Shown here: positions 8,660 through 18,300 of the stretch, piece after piece
Layout of the letters: every line of letters begins with the position of its first letter
Numbering within the stretch: the first letter of the stretch is position 1
IMG/VR virus record: IMGVR_UViG_3300027887_000002
Source: a virus
DNA length: 53,361 nt
Reading direction: 5' to 3' (one strand)
Made by a program: the position numbers and the translations under genes
The notes under the pieces: model-generated
What the model saw: the letters and a program-made list of their open reading frames with translations, nothing else
Database searches by the model: none
What the model was told of the DNA's origin: nothing

Positions 8660-9582
8660 AAGTAGTTCTTGACACAACCCACCTAGGTGCAATCGGCGGC
8701 GGCGAGAACTATCTTATGCGGCTCTCACTGGCGCTGAGGGAAGTCTCAGATTTCTATGTAATGGAGAACTTCCACCCGTATTTCCCAGAGTTTAACGGCT
8801 TTGGAGACACATTCGAGGTATACAATGGATTATTCAAACCTGACCTTTACATCCATTCTTCTTACAGTTCTGTCGGGCGTCCTATTGGGCGTAGGAATGC
8901 TTCTGTTGTCTTTTTCCCTAAGAAGAACCTTGTCCCAAACAATTTCGATAGCGTTGTGGCTATCTGCGATTATTCATCTCGTTATATATTGGAATACTGG
9001 GGCAGAGAGGCTTTTGTACTGGAGCCTTGTATCCAGCCTTCTCTTTTTACTCCAGGCAGAAAAGAGGACTTAATCATATCCGTTGGGCATTTTTTCAAAG
9101 AAGCCGATGGCCACAGTAAAAATCAGGACGTACTCATTGAAGCCTTCCAAGACCTCCCGGGATACAAGTTCGAGCTCTACGGGAATGCTCAAACCCTAGA
9201 AGACAAAGTCTACGTACAGTATTGCAAAGAGAAGGCCAGAGGTAAAAATGTCGAGATTCTACTCAACAAACCCCACAAGGATATCAGAAATGCGTTCGCT
9301 CGTGCCAAATATCTTTGGCATGGAAATGGCTACGGTAGATCCGACCCAGCGCAGACCGAGCATTTCGGTATCATCGTTCTGGAGGCGATTGCGAGCGGCT
9401 GTATACCTATTGTCTATAACTCGGGTGGAGCTAGTGAAATTGCTCCATATACTTGGGAAAAGCCCGGAGAGCTCTCAACTGCAGTTAGAACTGGCGGCGA
9501 AGTACCTGGCCTACGAAAACAATTCACTGTCCCCTACTTCAACAAAAAAGTAGCAAAATGGTTAAAAGATGTCTCAATGTAG
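8656..9582 (+). CDS. glycosyltransferase, GT-B fold (family 4 / GT1-type)
   Basis: EHFGIIVLEAIASGCIPIV (E-x7-E region) and a HGNGYG segment. ATGA-coupled. Confidence 0.75.
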   Translation: MKVVLDTTHLGAIGGGENYLMRLSLALREVSDFYVMENFHPYFPEFNGFGDTFEVYNGLFKPDLYIHSSYSSVGRPIGRRNASVVFFPKKNLVPNNFDSVVAICDYSSRYILEYWGREAFVLEPCIQPSLFTPGRKEDLIISVGHFFKEADGHSKNQDVLIEAFQDLPGYKFELYGNAQTLEDKVYVQYCKEKARGKNVEILLNKPHKDIRNAFARAKYLWHGNGYGRSDPAQTEHFGIIVLEAIASGCIPIVYNSGGASEIAPYTWEKPGELSTAVRTGGEVPGLRKQFTVPYFNKKVAKWLKDVSM

Positions 9583-10034
9583 GTTGTGGTAACGACTACC
9601 ACCTATCCGATAAGACCGTAGAGTGGACCAATATCGACATATCCACTACTTGTCACACAGATTTGGTGTGCCATGTCAAAGACATTGACAAGCACTTCGG
9701 AGAAGGATACTTTGATCAATTGGAAGCCGTTCAAGTCTTTGAGCACTTGGAGCGGGACGATTACATACAAACCCTACGCGCCCTCTACTGGGTCTGCGCT
9801 AATGGAGCCACTTGGAACATCGTGGTCCCCCATGGATTCTCAGATAACTTTATCACAGATCCCACCCATAAGCTTCCCTTTTCCCCGCGATCTTTTGACT
9901 TCTTTATTGATGGCAAACAGCTCAGGGAAAATGGAGTGATCTACGGCTGGGAAGACATCAAGCTTGAAGAAGTGAGAACTCCGGAGATTGACGGGAATAG
10001 TTCAATCCATTTTCTTCTTAAAGTGGTAAAATAG
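9558..10034 (+). CDS. class I SAM-dependent methyltransferase
   Basis: CLNVGCGNDY glycine-rich motif I and LEAVQVFEHL (Methyltransf_11-like). Confidence 0.65.
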   Translation: MVKRCLNVGCGNDYHLSDKTVEWTNIDISTTCHTDLVCHVKDIDKHFGEGYFDQLEAVQVFEHLERDDYIQTLRALYWVCANGATWNIVVPHGFSDNFITDPTHKLPFSPRSFDFFIDGKQLRENGVIYGWEDIKLEEVRTPEIDGNSSIHFLLKVVK

Positions 10035-10657
10035 TGGATAAAAAGGGTATTTATGCGATGTTCCCGGATGATTACTGGGAACATTTTTATAAAGAGTTTG
10101 GACATGATTTCGTGGACGCGCATTATGCGAGAACGGCGGTCTACGAGAGTAAGTTTTTCTCTGATCTGCAGGGAAAGAGAGTGATTGAGGCTGGTGGCTA
10201 CCCGGGACTTCTTATAGCGGCGTATATACTAAGTGGGATCGACGTAGTATGCGCCTTCGATCATCCAGACTACAGACCCGCGTATTATCTGTCTTGGATG
10301 AAGGAAATGGGGATACCATCCATAGAACACAACTTCAACTCTGGATATCCCGAAGGACCGATCCCGGAGGCTGACGTCATGGTAATGAGTGACGTCCTTC
10401 TTCATAATGGTGGATTTCCAACGAAGTTCATAGAGTGGGCTCTTAGTCACGTAAAAGAGATCTATCTCATCAACTACGAGGGGAGTGGCCCAGTATTAGA
10501 ATCTCGTGAATTTGATCTAAAAAAGGGCTTTAGGGTCCCAAACTCTACGGCAATCATAGCGCACATGCACACCCTAGGGGCTTCTTGTTCGCGCAGGGAC
10601 TCGTCAGCCGATAGATCTTTGCTCGTATTCAAACCAGGAGAACCATGCGTACCTTAA
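10034..10657 (+). CDS. putative methyltransferase-like Rossmann protein
   Basis: GKRVIEAGGYPGLL glycine loop and DVMVMSDVLLH. The GTG start overlaps the upstream TAG. Assignment is weak. Confidence 0.4.
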   Translation: MDKKGIYAMFPDDYWEHFYKEFGHDFVDAHYARTAVYESKFFSDLQGKRVIEAGGYPGLLIAAYILSGIDVVCAFDHPDYRPAYYLSWMKEMGIPSIEHNFNSGYPEGPIPEADVMVMSDVLLHNGGFPTKFIEWALSHVKEIYLINYEGSGPVLESREFDLKKGFRVPNSTAIIAHMHTLGASCSRRDSSADRSLLVFKPGEPCVP

Positions 10658-11394
10658 TTATTGTCCCACATTACGGCTCAATCGACCATTTGCGAAAACT
10701 TTTCCCATCACTTGGTCTAACCGACAAAGATGTTGACGCTTGCACGGAGAGGGTGTCCATCTTCACCACCTTCTATGGAGCGGTTCTCGTTGTGAACAAC
10801 AACTTGGAGAACTGGGGATTCACCAAAGCCTGTAATATTGGGATGCGGTACGGATTGACGTCTGATTACGACATTCTCTGGCTTCTCAATAATGATACGG
10901 ATGTCCCGGATATACATAAGGCTCTCACTGAACTCGAAAAGGAGTTCGTAGACAACCCTAAAACTGGCGTGGTTGGGTTCAAGATATGTTCCATGGAAGA
11001 CCCGGATTTCATCCATCACGGGGGAACGGGTCAATGTATTCCCACTGGGGTTCACAAGGTTGGATACGTGTCTCAGAAACAGTACGATAAACGTACATTC
11101 GAGCACTGGGTTACGGGGGCTTCTATGGCTATTTCTGCGGGATGTCTTCTGGCTACCGGGGAGATGGACGAGAAGATGGAGAACTACTATTCGGACTCAG
11201 ACTTCTGCTACCGGGCCAGATACTGTGACTACAATGTCGTTTACCTTCCTATCCCAATTCTGCATAAAATAGGTCAATCTGCCAAACCATCCGAAGAGCA
11301 GACCCGGGTGATGCAGAAGGACTTCCTCGTTTTCCAGGCTAAATGGTTGTCTTCTAGGGCCTTTATGGAGTTGTCGGCGGAAGCGTTTGCCTGA
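10645..11394 (+). CDS. glycosyltransferase family 2 (GT-A)
   Basis: LIIVPHYGS start, VVNNN..GFTKACNIG and LLNNDTDV motifs typical of GT2 enzymes. Confidence 0.7.
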   Translation: MRTLIIVPHYGSIDHLRKLFPSLGLTDKDVDACTERVSIFTTFYGAVLVVNNNLENWGFTKACNIGMRYGLTSDYDILWLLNNDTDVPDIHKALTELEKEFVDNPKTGVVGFKICSMEDPDFIHHGGTGQCIPTGVHKVGYVSQKQYDKRTFEHWVTGASMAISAGCLLATGEMDEKMENYYSDSDFCYRARYCDYNVVYLPIPILHKIGQSAKPSEEQTRVMQKDFLVFQAKWLSSRAFMELSAEAFA

Positions 11395-11426
11395 CATCCT
11401 TTAGGCACGACTGCCGGGTATATTAC
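11392..11426 (+). promoter_or_regulatory. late promoter-like tripartite motif, copy B (TGACAT-N7-GCACGAC-N7-TATATTAC)
   Basis: TGACAT 11392-11397 contains the GT2 stop codon. GCACGAC is at 11405-11411 and TATATT at 11419-11424. The next ATG (11435) is 9 nt downstream. Confidence 0.55.
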
Positions 11427-11434
11427 GCCCTGCG

Positions 11435-12226
11435 ATGACAACCTACATCTCCGAAACCGACCTGAACTCTGTCCTCGAAGGGTTTGTCCCTGCTTATTAT
11501 GGGACAGTCTTTTATGGGGACGGGACTGTCACGATTGGCACTCAGTATCCAGCCGATCATGCGCTTTCGTTCCAAAAAGTGAACGAAATGCTTTACGGTA
11601 TAGGACATCTCAAGGCGGTTCCAGTCGGGACCCAGAGGGATGGAAACTACCCTTATGCCGTACGGATGATGCAAGCCAACTTCATGGTGTACCAGAGGCT
11701 TCTTTCCAAACATTATGGAGAGGTCTCCGGGGGAGAAGTTCCTCCCTGGATAAACGTCTACCGTACCCGAGCTATGGAGACGTTGTCTGATATCAAGGGG
11801 CAGGACATCATCTTCCTCGACGATGTGAGTCAGGGCGAACAGGGGATCGGCGTCGGCTCTTGGACTCGGAAGAACGGTACGGTGAACCTGTTCACCAACT
11901 GGGAAAGTGGTACCTATCAGGGTGTCGACTGGGCCCGGGTGTACGTCGTAGAGATTGACGCTACGACCACCGGAACCGCGATCGGCAAAGCAAACTTCAA
12001 GTGGAGTCGCGATGGCGGTGTCTCTTGGGTTGGCACACTCGGAACGACCGGAACAAACTGGAATTACCTTGAGAACGGTCTCTGTGTTCGCTGGGAGCCC
12101 GTCCTTTCGGGGACGTTGGTTTCTGATGTGTGTGGGTTGGGCGACCGATTCGAAGTGACTTGTGTGCCACAGAATATCCCAGTAAAGAGTGGGAATATCA
12201 GATTTGTTACCTGGCGGCGTGGATAA
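11435..12226 (+). CDS. virion structural protein (head-tail adaptor-like N-terminus plus beta-rich C-terminal domain)
   Basis: First gene after late motif B. The N-terminal YISETDLNSVLEGF resembles connector/adaptor proteins. Assignment is positional. Confidence 0.4.
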   Translation: MTTYISETDLNSVLEGFVPAYYGTVFYGDGTVTIGTQYPADHALSFQKVNEMLYGIGHLKAVPVGTQRDGNYPYAVRMMQANFMVYQRLLSKHYGEVSGGEVPPWINVYRTRAMETLSDIKGQDIIFLDDVSQGEQGIGVGSWTRKNGTVNLFTNWESGTYQGVDWARVYVVEIDATTTGTAIGKANFKWSRDGGVSWVGTLGTTGTNWNYLENGLCVRWEPVLSGTLVSDVCGLGDRFEVTCVPQNIPVKSGNIRFVTWRRG

Positions 12227-12696
12227 TGGCGAACTGGGAGACTGTCTCCAAGAATGTTGTGAATGCCCTTCGGGACGACTCTGTCCTCACCTCCTATGCG
12301 AAGGTGGAGTTCATAGATTCGATCTCGGACTACGTCGAGAAGAGTGTAACTCAGACTGTGAACGACGGCTATCTCATCCTCGTATCAACTCCAGAAGGAG
12401 ACATGGTGAGGACGGAGAGCCTTCTTAATGGTATTAAGAGGAAGTTCTTTCTGCTGTCCCTGGCTATTATCGTCAAAAACGAACCAACCAGCAAGGGAAG
12501 GCTCATTGGTGAACGTGGTAAGGGTATTTTCGAAGTACAGGAGGATGTTGAACGCATCCTGGAACACTCAAATCTCTCCGGCACCGTAGACAGTAAGGCC
12601 GGGACGAATTTCGATTCAGGGTGGACGAAGATCCCAGTAGATAGCAGAGCAATCACTATCTACACTACCGTCTACACCGCCGTCAAAACAGAATGA
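12226..12696 (+). CDS. head-tail joining / neck protein (putative)
   Basis: ATG 12226 overlaps the upstream TAA (TAATG). I chose the internal start MANWETVSKN over the ORF-track start at 12130. Confidence 0.45.
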   Translation: MANWETVSKNVVNALRDDSVLTSYAKVEFIDSISDYVEKSVTQTVNDGYLILVSTPEGDMVRTESLLNGIKRKFFLLSLAIIVKNEPTSKGRLIGERGKGIFEVQEDVERILEHSNLSGTVDSKAGTNFDSGWTKIPVDSRAITIYTTVYTAVKTE

Positions 12697-12706
12697 AGGA
12701 CACACA

Positions 12707-13801
12707 ATGAGCAAGGGTTGGGAAAGCTCCATCAGGGTGCAGGAAAACTATCTGGGCTTTGGCTCCACGATTGGAAGCTTGGTCAGGATGGGCAACTTCC
12801 TGTACGTCGATAGTGAATCTATTGCAAGGAATCCGACGATTCGGGAACGCGATAACAAACTCGTGCCTACCCGACTGGTCCCAGCCGAAACAATGGGTCT
12901 GGATCAGTACGCACCGGGAGGCCAAGTCACTTGGCAACCCCGATCTGACGATTCGCTCTCAATGCTTATGGCCTTCTTCCAGACGGCCACACATATGTTT
13001 GGCGGGACTACCCCCGCTTTGAACGCCACTGGGACTTGGCAGTTTGCCTTTGTCCCCAAAAGCCTTCTCTGGACCGGGAAACAGTATTACGGAACAGGAA
13101 ACGGTTACGGCACCGGAACCTCGGTATACTGCGTAAATGCGGATCTTTGCTTCGGTCAGGGTATGACGACCACGCCTAACGGTATCCGTTTTGAGCGTGG
13201 TATTGTCACGAAACTTACGATCCAGCAAGATCCCGCCGCAGACCTTCAGTTTGTTGCGGATATGAAGTTCCTCCAACACGAAGATCAGGCGACGTATACG
13301 TCAGCCTTCAGCTTCCTGCCTGGGGCGGCTGGCTCGCTCTCTTCGAAAAAGCAGTTCGTTGATTGGAATGGTACCTTGACGGTTGGGGGAAACTCGTATA
13401 ATATCGAGAAGCTTTCCCTTGAGGCCGACAATCAGAACGTCGATCGCAGGAAACTGGGTCAGAAGGGCTTTGCGAACTTCCCGTTTGGGCGAGCTATCGT
13501 CAACGGTCAGTTCGATCTTGAGCTCGAAGATCTCACATTGTTCACTCCTGCCGCCTCTGGTGGCACGTTACAGTGTACATGGAGAACTTCTGACGGTGAT
13601 TGGCTCCAGGTGTTCTGCCCGAATATCTATTACAAGAATCCGGACCCGAAGGTTAATGATGCTGGACCGATCATCCTGACGGTGCCTTTTAGGGCGTATC
13701 CAAGTGCTCAGGGACGTAACGACGCTGTTCTCGTCAACGTCTGTCCACTTGGCTCGTACGCTTTGGCTGGGACTGCGGTTCCCCAGCTTATCTGGAATTA
13801 A
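12707..13801 (+). CDS. major tail (tube) protein (putative)
   Basis: 364 aa ORF directly upstream of the chaperone / frameshift / tape-measure set. Confidence 0.5.
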   Translation: MSKGWESSIRVQENYLGFGSTIGSLVRMGNFLYVDSESIARNPTIRERDNKLVPTRLVPAETMGLDQYAPGGQVTWQPRSDDSLSMLMAFFQTATHMFGGTTPALNATGTWQFAFVPKSLLWTGKQYYGTGNGYGTGTSVYCVNADLCFGQGMTTTPNGIRFERGIVTKLTIQQDPAADLQFVADMKFLQHEDQATYTSAFSFLPGAAGSLSSKKQFVDWNGTLTVGGNSYNIEKLSLEADNQNVDRRKLGQKGFANFPFGRAIVNGQFDLELEDLTLFTPAASGGTLQCTWRTSDGDWLQVFCPNIYYKNPDPKVNDAGPIILTVPFRAYPSAQGRNDAVLVNVCPLGSYALAGTAVPQLIWN

Positions 13802-13818
13802 CAAATACCAGGAGTACC

Positions 13819-14169
13819 ATGCTTAAGAAAGCTAGTAACAAAGTCGAAGTTCTGGATCTGGATGGCACAAAGATCCACGCCATTCGTGCGGACAAGGGAA
13901 TCTACGACGACTACGCCGATGTTCTTTTCGATAGGAACGACAAGGGCGAACTCGTTGTGAAGAGTGGCCGGGCAATCCAGGAAGTGTACGCCAAGTGCGT
14001 CAAGAAGATCGAAAACTGCATGATCGACAATGTCGTCGTTGCAGAAATAAACGACACCCAAAAGATTGTCGAATTCTTGACGCACCTTGACGACCCAATC
14101 ACCGGGAAGAAGATTGATAATTGGCTTTTGGGTCTTTCTACCCTTGAGCCCATTGAAATAAAAAATTAG
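13819..14169 (+). CDS. tail assembly chaperone (G-like, zero-frame product)
   Basis: 116 aa with an AGGAG RBS. It ends 1 nt after an A_AAA_AAT slippery heptamer and sits two genes upstream of the tape measure. Confidence 0.65.
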   Translation: MLKKASNKVEVLDLDGTKIHAIRADKGIYDDYADVLFDRNDKGELVVKSGRAIQEVYAKCVKKIENCMIDNVVVAEINDTQKIVEFLTHLDDPITGKKIDNWLLGLSTLEPIEIKN

Positions 14170-14723
14170 CCTGGGCGACAGAGTGTGATCTTCTGGTCTC
14201 TGACGCCCCCAGAGATACCTATAATTGCCAGAAGTGTATTGCCCTTGGGAAGCAGAATAAGGTTAAAGGCCGCGAATGTCTGCTTGATAGGGACTTGAGG
14301 TGGGCGCCTTTACCCTATATGTACAGGGTGCGTGGCAAGGAGCTTCTTGGTGGTACAATTTATTCAGAGAGCGACCTTTTCAAAGTCTTAAGGGACGCTC
14401 AGGCGCTCTACGAGACTGAGGAAGTACAAGTGGCTCTGCGTCGTATAGGGAAGGGTGTATGCCCAAAATCGTTCCCCATAACGAAGCAGAGCCATTACTT
14501 TTTAGAGTTGTTCCGTCTAACCCATGGTGGCGAGTATGGTCTTGAGTTGATGAGACTCCCTCTTTCCGGGGGAGTCCTTGACCAGCCAGCCATATTCTAC
14601 CAAGCGTCTGATATCATTCGTAATGTAAAGTCAAGATTCATCAAAGCAAAACTGGATAAGCCTAGTGAGCGTCAAGATAATCTGCAGGGGTCAGACCGTC
14701 CTACAGGATATATTGGGAGGTAA
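14157..14723 (+). CDS. -1 frame extension of the tail chaperone (T-like part; fusion product 13819..14723)
   Basis: This frame has no stop from 14157. Its only in-frame start is a TTG at 14295. The frame overlaps the slippery site, matching the G/GT arrangement. Confidence 0.55.
   Translation, partial: NKKLAWATECDLLVSDAPRDTYNCQKCIALGKQNKVKGRECLLDRDLRWAPLPYMYRVRGKELLGGTIYSESDLFKVLRDAQALYETEEVQVALRRIGKGVCPKSFPITKQSHYFLELFRLTHGGEYGLELMRLPLSGGVLDQPAIFYQASDIIRNVKSRFIKAKLDKPSERQDNLQGSDRPTGYIGR
14160..14166 (+). promoter_or_regulatory. -1 programmed ribosomal frameshift slippery heptamer A_AAA_AAT
   Basis: Zero-frame codons are ATA AAA AAT TAG. The -1 frame is open from 14157 to 14723. Confidence 0.6.
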
Positions 14724-15333
14724 GAAGAGTCTTCTCAGGATCATCGACGAGATGGCTGTCCCTAGTCCCAAGCTCATGCGGACTATCGGGGAAGAGATGG
14801 TTCTCGGCTACCAAGGTGGACGCAGACTCCTTCTAGGAGATGTGAGCTTTGGACCCAAGGGTGGGATGACTTTCTCTGGAAGAAATGGTAGATATTCGCG
14901 CGGTATCATGCGGCGCGTATCTCCAGATGGCAAACCTTACCCAATCTTGGCAAACGGTAAATATCATGCCCAGTCCACCTTAGATCTGAAGGAACGCAAC
15001 AGCTCCCGATTCGCCGCAGATCAATATGTACTTCGTGATACAGATGACATGATGCAGAAGTTCACCTATCAGATAAGTGCGACCAAGAGAAACTGTTCCG
15101 CAAGAGCTGGGTTCTTCGGGCATCCAGATTTGAATGCGAAAAGTATTCGCCTTGAGAATGGCGGAAACTTTAGGAGTAAAGATCTATCGAATAAGAAAAA
15201 GGGCGGGAATACGGTGATGAGGACAATCCACCTCACCCCTAGACCCCACAGAGCGATGCAACCTGAAACCGAAATGGTTATTCGTGGTCTACTGAGGCGT
15301 TGGGCCCAAAGATTCGCAGGTAAAAGTTTATGA
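14665..15333 (+). CDS. tail-associated protein of unknown function
   Basis: ORF with its stop overlapping the tape-measure ATG (ATGA). Start is uncertain (GTG 14665 or ATG 14752). There is a faint resemblance to virion-morphogenesis/tail-completion proteins. Confidence 0.45.
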   Translation: MSVKIICRGQTVLQDILGGKKSLLRIIDEMAVPSPKLMRTIGEEMVLGYQGGRRLLLGDVSFGPKGGMTFSGRNGRYSRGIMRRVSPDGKPYPILANGKYHAQSTLDLKERNSSRFAADQYVLRDTDDMMQKFTYQISATKRNCSARAGFFGHPDLNAKSIRLENGGNFRSKDLSNKKKGGNTVMRTIHLTPRPHRAMQPETEMVIRGLLRRWAQRFAGKSL

Positions 15334-18300
15334 TTAACTCTACTACTGGCGCCACGATGCAGGTCAACGTCGAGATCACGACGGTTGGCGCCGAACATGC
15401 ACATGCCCTTCTTAAGAAACACATGGCGGATCTTGAGGCTCTCAGACAAACGGAAATGCGTCTGCAGAGTGGTCATCCATTGGCTGTGTGGAGAGCTAAC
15501 CAGGACGTTGCCGGACAGATACAGGCGGCGGCGGCATCTAAGGCCGCTTTTGAATCGTTTGAAAAACAGAGACGCTCTGTTTTGGGAATAACTGCCGCTC
15601 AAAAGGATGCGGCAGAACAAGCTAAACTACTTGCGGCGGTAGATCCTCTTAACCAATGGGATAAAAGTTTTCGCAAAATGGTAACCGTGTTCCAGCGTGT
15701 GCGGGACGCTCTTTTATCTTTTATGGTTATCAATATGGTTAGCCAGGGGATTCAAGAGTTTTTTACAAAGCTAGTGCAGGCCAACGCCCAGATTGAAATG
15801 CTTGATACCAGACTGGCTAGAATGAATATCTCGGCAGAGGGTATAAAAACCCTAAAAGATTCTATAGTTCAGTTGACTTTACAGACCCCGTTTGTCATTA
15901 AAGATTTTACTGATGCGGCTGTTCAGTTAGAAGCTTTTGGCATCTCCGCCGAAAAGAATTTAAAGCCCATATCAGACTGGGCATCGGCTATGGGTAGAGA
16001 TCTTGCCGATATGACTACGGCATTTTCTAAAATTGCCATAGGCAGTCCTAGAACTACACTTTTATTGACGACCAGGGGCATTCGAAAAGAGGAGTTTGAT
16101 GCAGAACTTAAGGTTACACATGATCGTGTCTTAGCTCTGTCTAATGTGATAGAGAAAAAGTTCAGTGAAATGGCAAAGGCCACTTCTAATACATTTCTTG
16201 GAATGATTGCCAACATCCAAGATGCCTGGTTTCTTTTGGCAAAACAGATTGGTGGCCCACTATTCGAAAAAATGAGAAGTGATGTAGGCCGTCTATTTAT
16301 TGGTCTCAAAGATGCTTTGGGTGGAGATGTTGCCGGGAAAGGTTCCTTGCCAATAAAAATTCTAGGAGAGACTATTGGATATCTGTACTCCGTTATCAAG
16401 ATGTCTCTTCCTATGATTACGGCATTCCTTGGAGCTTGGGCCATAAGGGGTACCGCAGTTGGGATAATGTGGCTTGTTGGGCAATTTCAGGGGATGATTA
16501 GGAACGTCTCTACACTTGGAGCCGCTTTTACGGAAGCTGGACAGGCCATTCGAGGATTTGGCCTCATGTCTCAAAGTGCGCGCATCTCTTTGCAGAGCCT
16601 TTATTTAGCTCTTGCTCCCGTTATAGCTATTGCTTCTGTAGCATTTATGGGTATATATTCATTCTTGGGTGATATGGAGCGGGCCGGAGTAGATTCTGCG
16701 GCGGCTATCGCGGCGCTCAACGATGAAATGATTACTACGGATGGAAAAATACAGGCCCTTAAGGTCTCTATTGCTTCCATGGAGAATGCTACTGGCGGAT
16801 TCTTCTCTAAGTTGTGGGCCGGGATTCTGGACATCGCAAGTGCCCGTGGCAGGGCCATGCATGGTGGGTTGCCCGGTCAACTTGAGATGATGGATATACT
16901 TGAGAAAGAACTTGCCAGAGAGAAAGATATTCTTTCTGTTCTTCAGGCTCAAGAGGAAGAGCGTAAGCGTATGCTTAGGCTCACCAGAGAGTCTCTTTCT
17001 ACCGTAGACGCTCTTGCCATTTCTGAGATGGTAAAGAAAAAGCAGGGCGGGGAAGAAGTTCTTGAGGCGGCAAAGAAACAGGTTGCCGCACAGCTCCTGG
17101 ATGCCGACAAAGCTTATACGAATGCCACAAAGCTTGCCAATGAGTCGGATGCTAAATTCAAGCAGAGAAAAGAGGGACTGCTTGATGTCCTGCAGACACT
17201 CCGACATCTCCAAAAAGTTTTTACAGAAGTTTCCCTTGGTCCAGAAGTGCTTAAAGGCAAGGTTGTAACTGAGACATTGTCTAATATGGACACCATTATT
17301 AAGTCGATTTCTCTTGGTAGGGATCAGGCTTTAGGTGCGTGGAAGGAGATCCTTGGGGATCTTCCGGACGAAGAAAAGAACAAGACGAAAGGCAAGGTGG
17401 AGAAAGACATATCGGCGTGGTTTACCAAGATAGCCGAGATGGAGGCTCGTTTTGCGTCACTTTCCGAGGGTGAACCCAGGTATGCGGAGCGCATAAAGGG
17501 CAATCTGGCGAAGATGATGATAGAGCGCGTGAGAGCTTTAAGCACTATAGGTGGCGCCGTGGGGATTAAGGCTTACATGAACTTCATCACGGCCGCAGTA
17601 TCTACGTACGAAGAATTGAATAAATGGCTTGAAGCAATTGCCAGAAATGACGAAAAGCTTCAGAATGCCCAACGACATCGTTATGATGCGGAGCGTGAAG
17701 CTCAGGAAGCCCTTCTTTCTGCGGAAAAGGCCAGAATAGACTATGAATATGAGCGGTCTGGTAGACTAGAGGATGTTAGAGCTGAAAAGCAAATGCAATT
17801 ATTCAAAGTGACAGTTCTTATGAAGCAAGCCGAGATGGAGCTTGCTAAGGCAAAGGACAAAGTAGTGAATGGGGCTATAGCTGAAGCCGAAAAAATGGCT
17901 GCTGTAGCCGAAGTTCAGAAAAGTTTGAATGGACTTACAAAAGATTACTGGGATATTCTCAAAGAGATATACGCTCTACCTTCGACAGACTTTGTTATGG
18001 CTTGGGAAAAAGCCATGAAAAGGTTGCAGGATGACATTAACGCGTTTTATGACACACTTTCAGATTCTCTTGTCTCGGGCCTAAGAGACTTTGCGGTTGG
18101 GGTTATCAAGGATTTTGTCCACCTGTTTTCAGCCACGGATGAACGTACAGCAGACTTGCTCGCCGCCCAAGAGGAACTGTCTCAACTTCAGAATGACAGC
18201 AAACGGAACTATGTTCAGGTTGAAAAACTGCGCCGGAGTGCGACAGAGACGAATGAAGAGTATCTGAGCCGGATGAAGATGCAGGAACAACTCACCAATG

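Noticed and set aside
15923-17213. Several 170-185-aa minus-strand ORFs inside the tape-measure gene (15923-16444, 16659-17213, and 15069-15620 just upstream)
   Set aside because: They are shadow ORFs opposite a well-supported 1103-aa coding frame.
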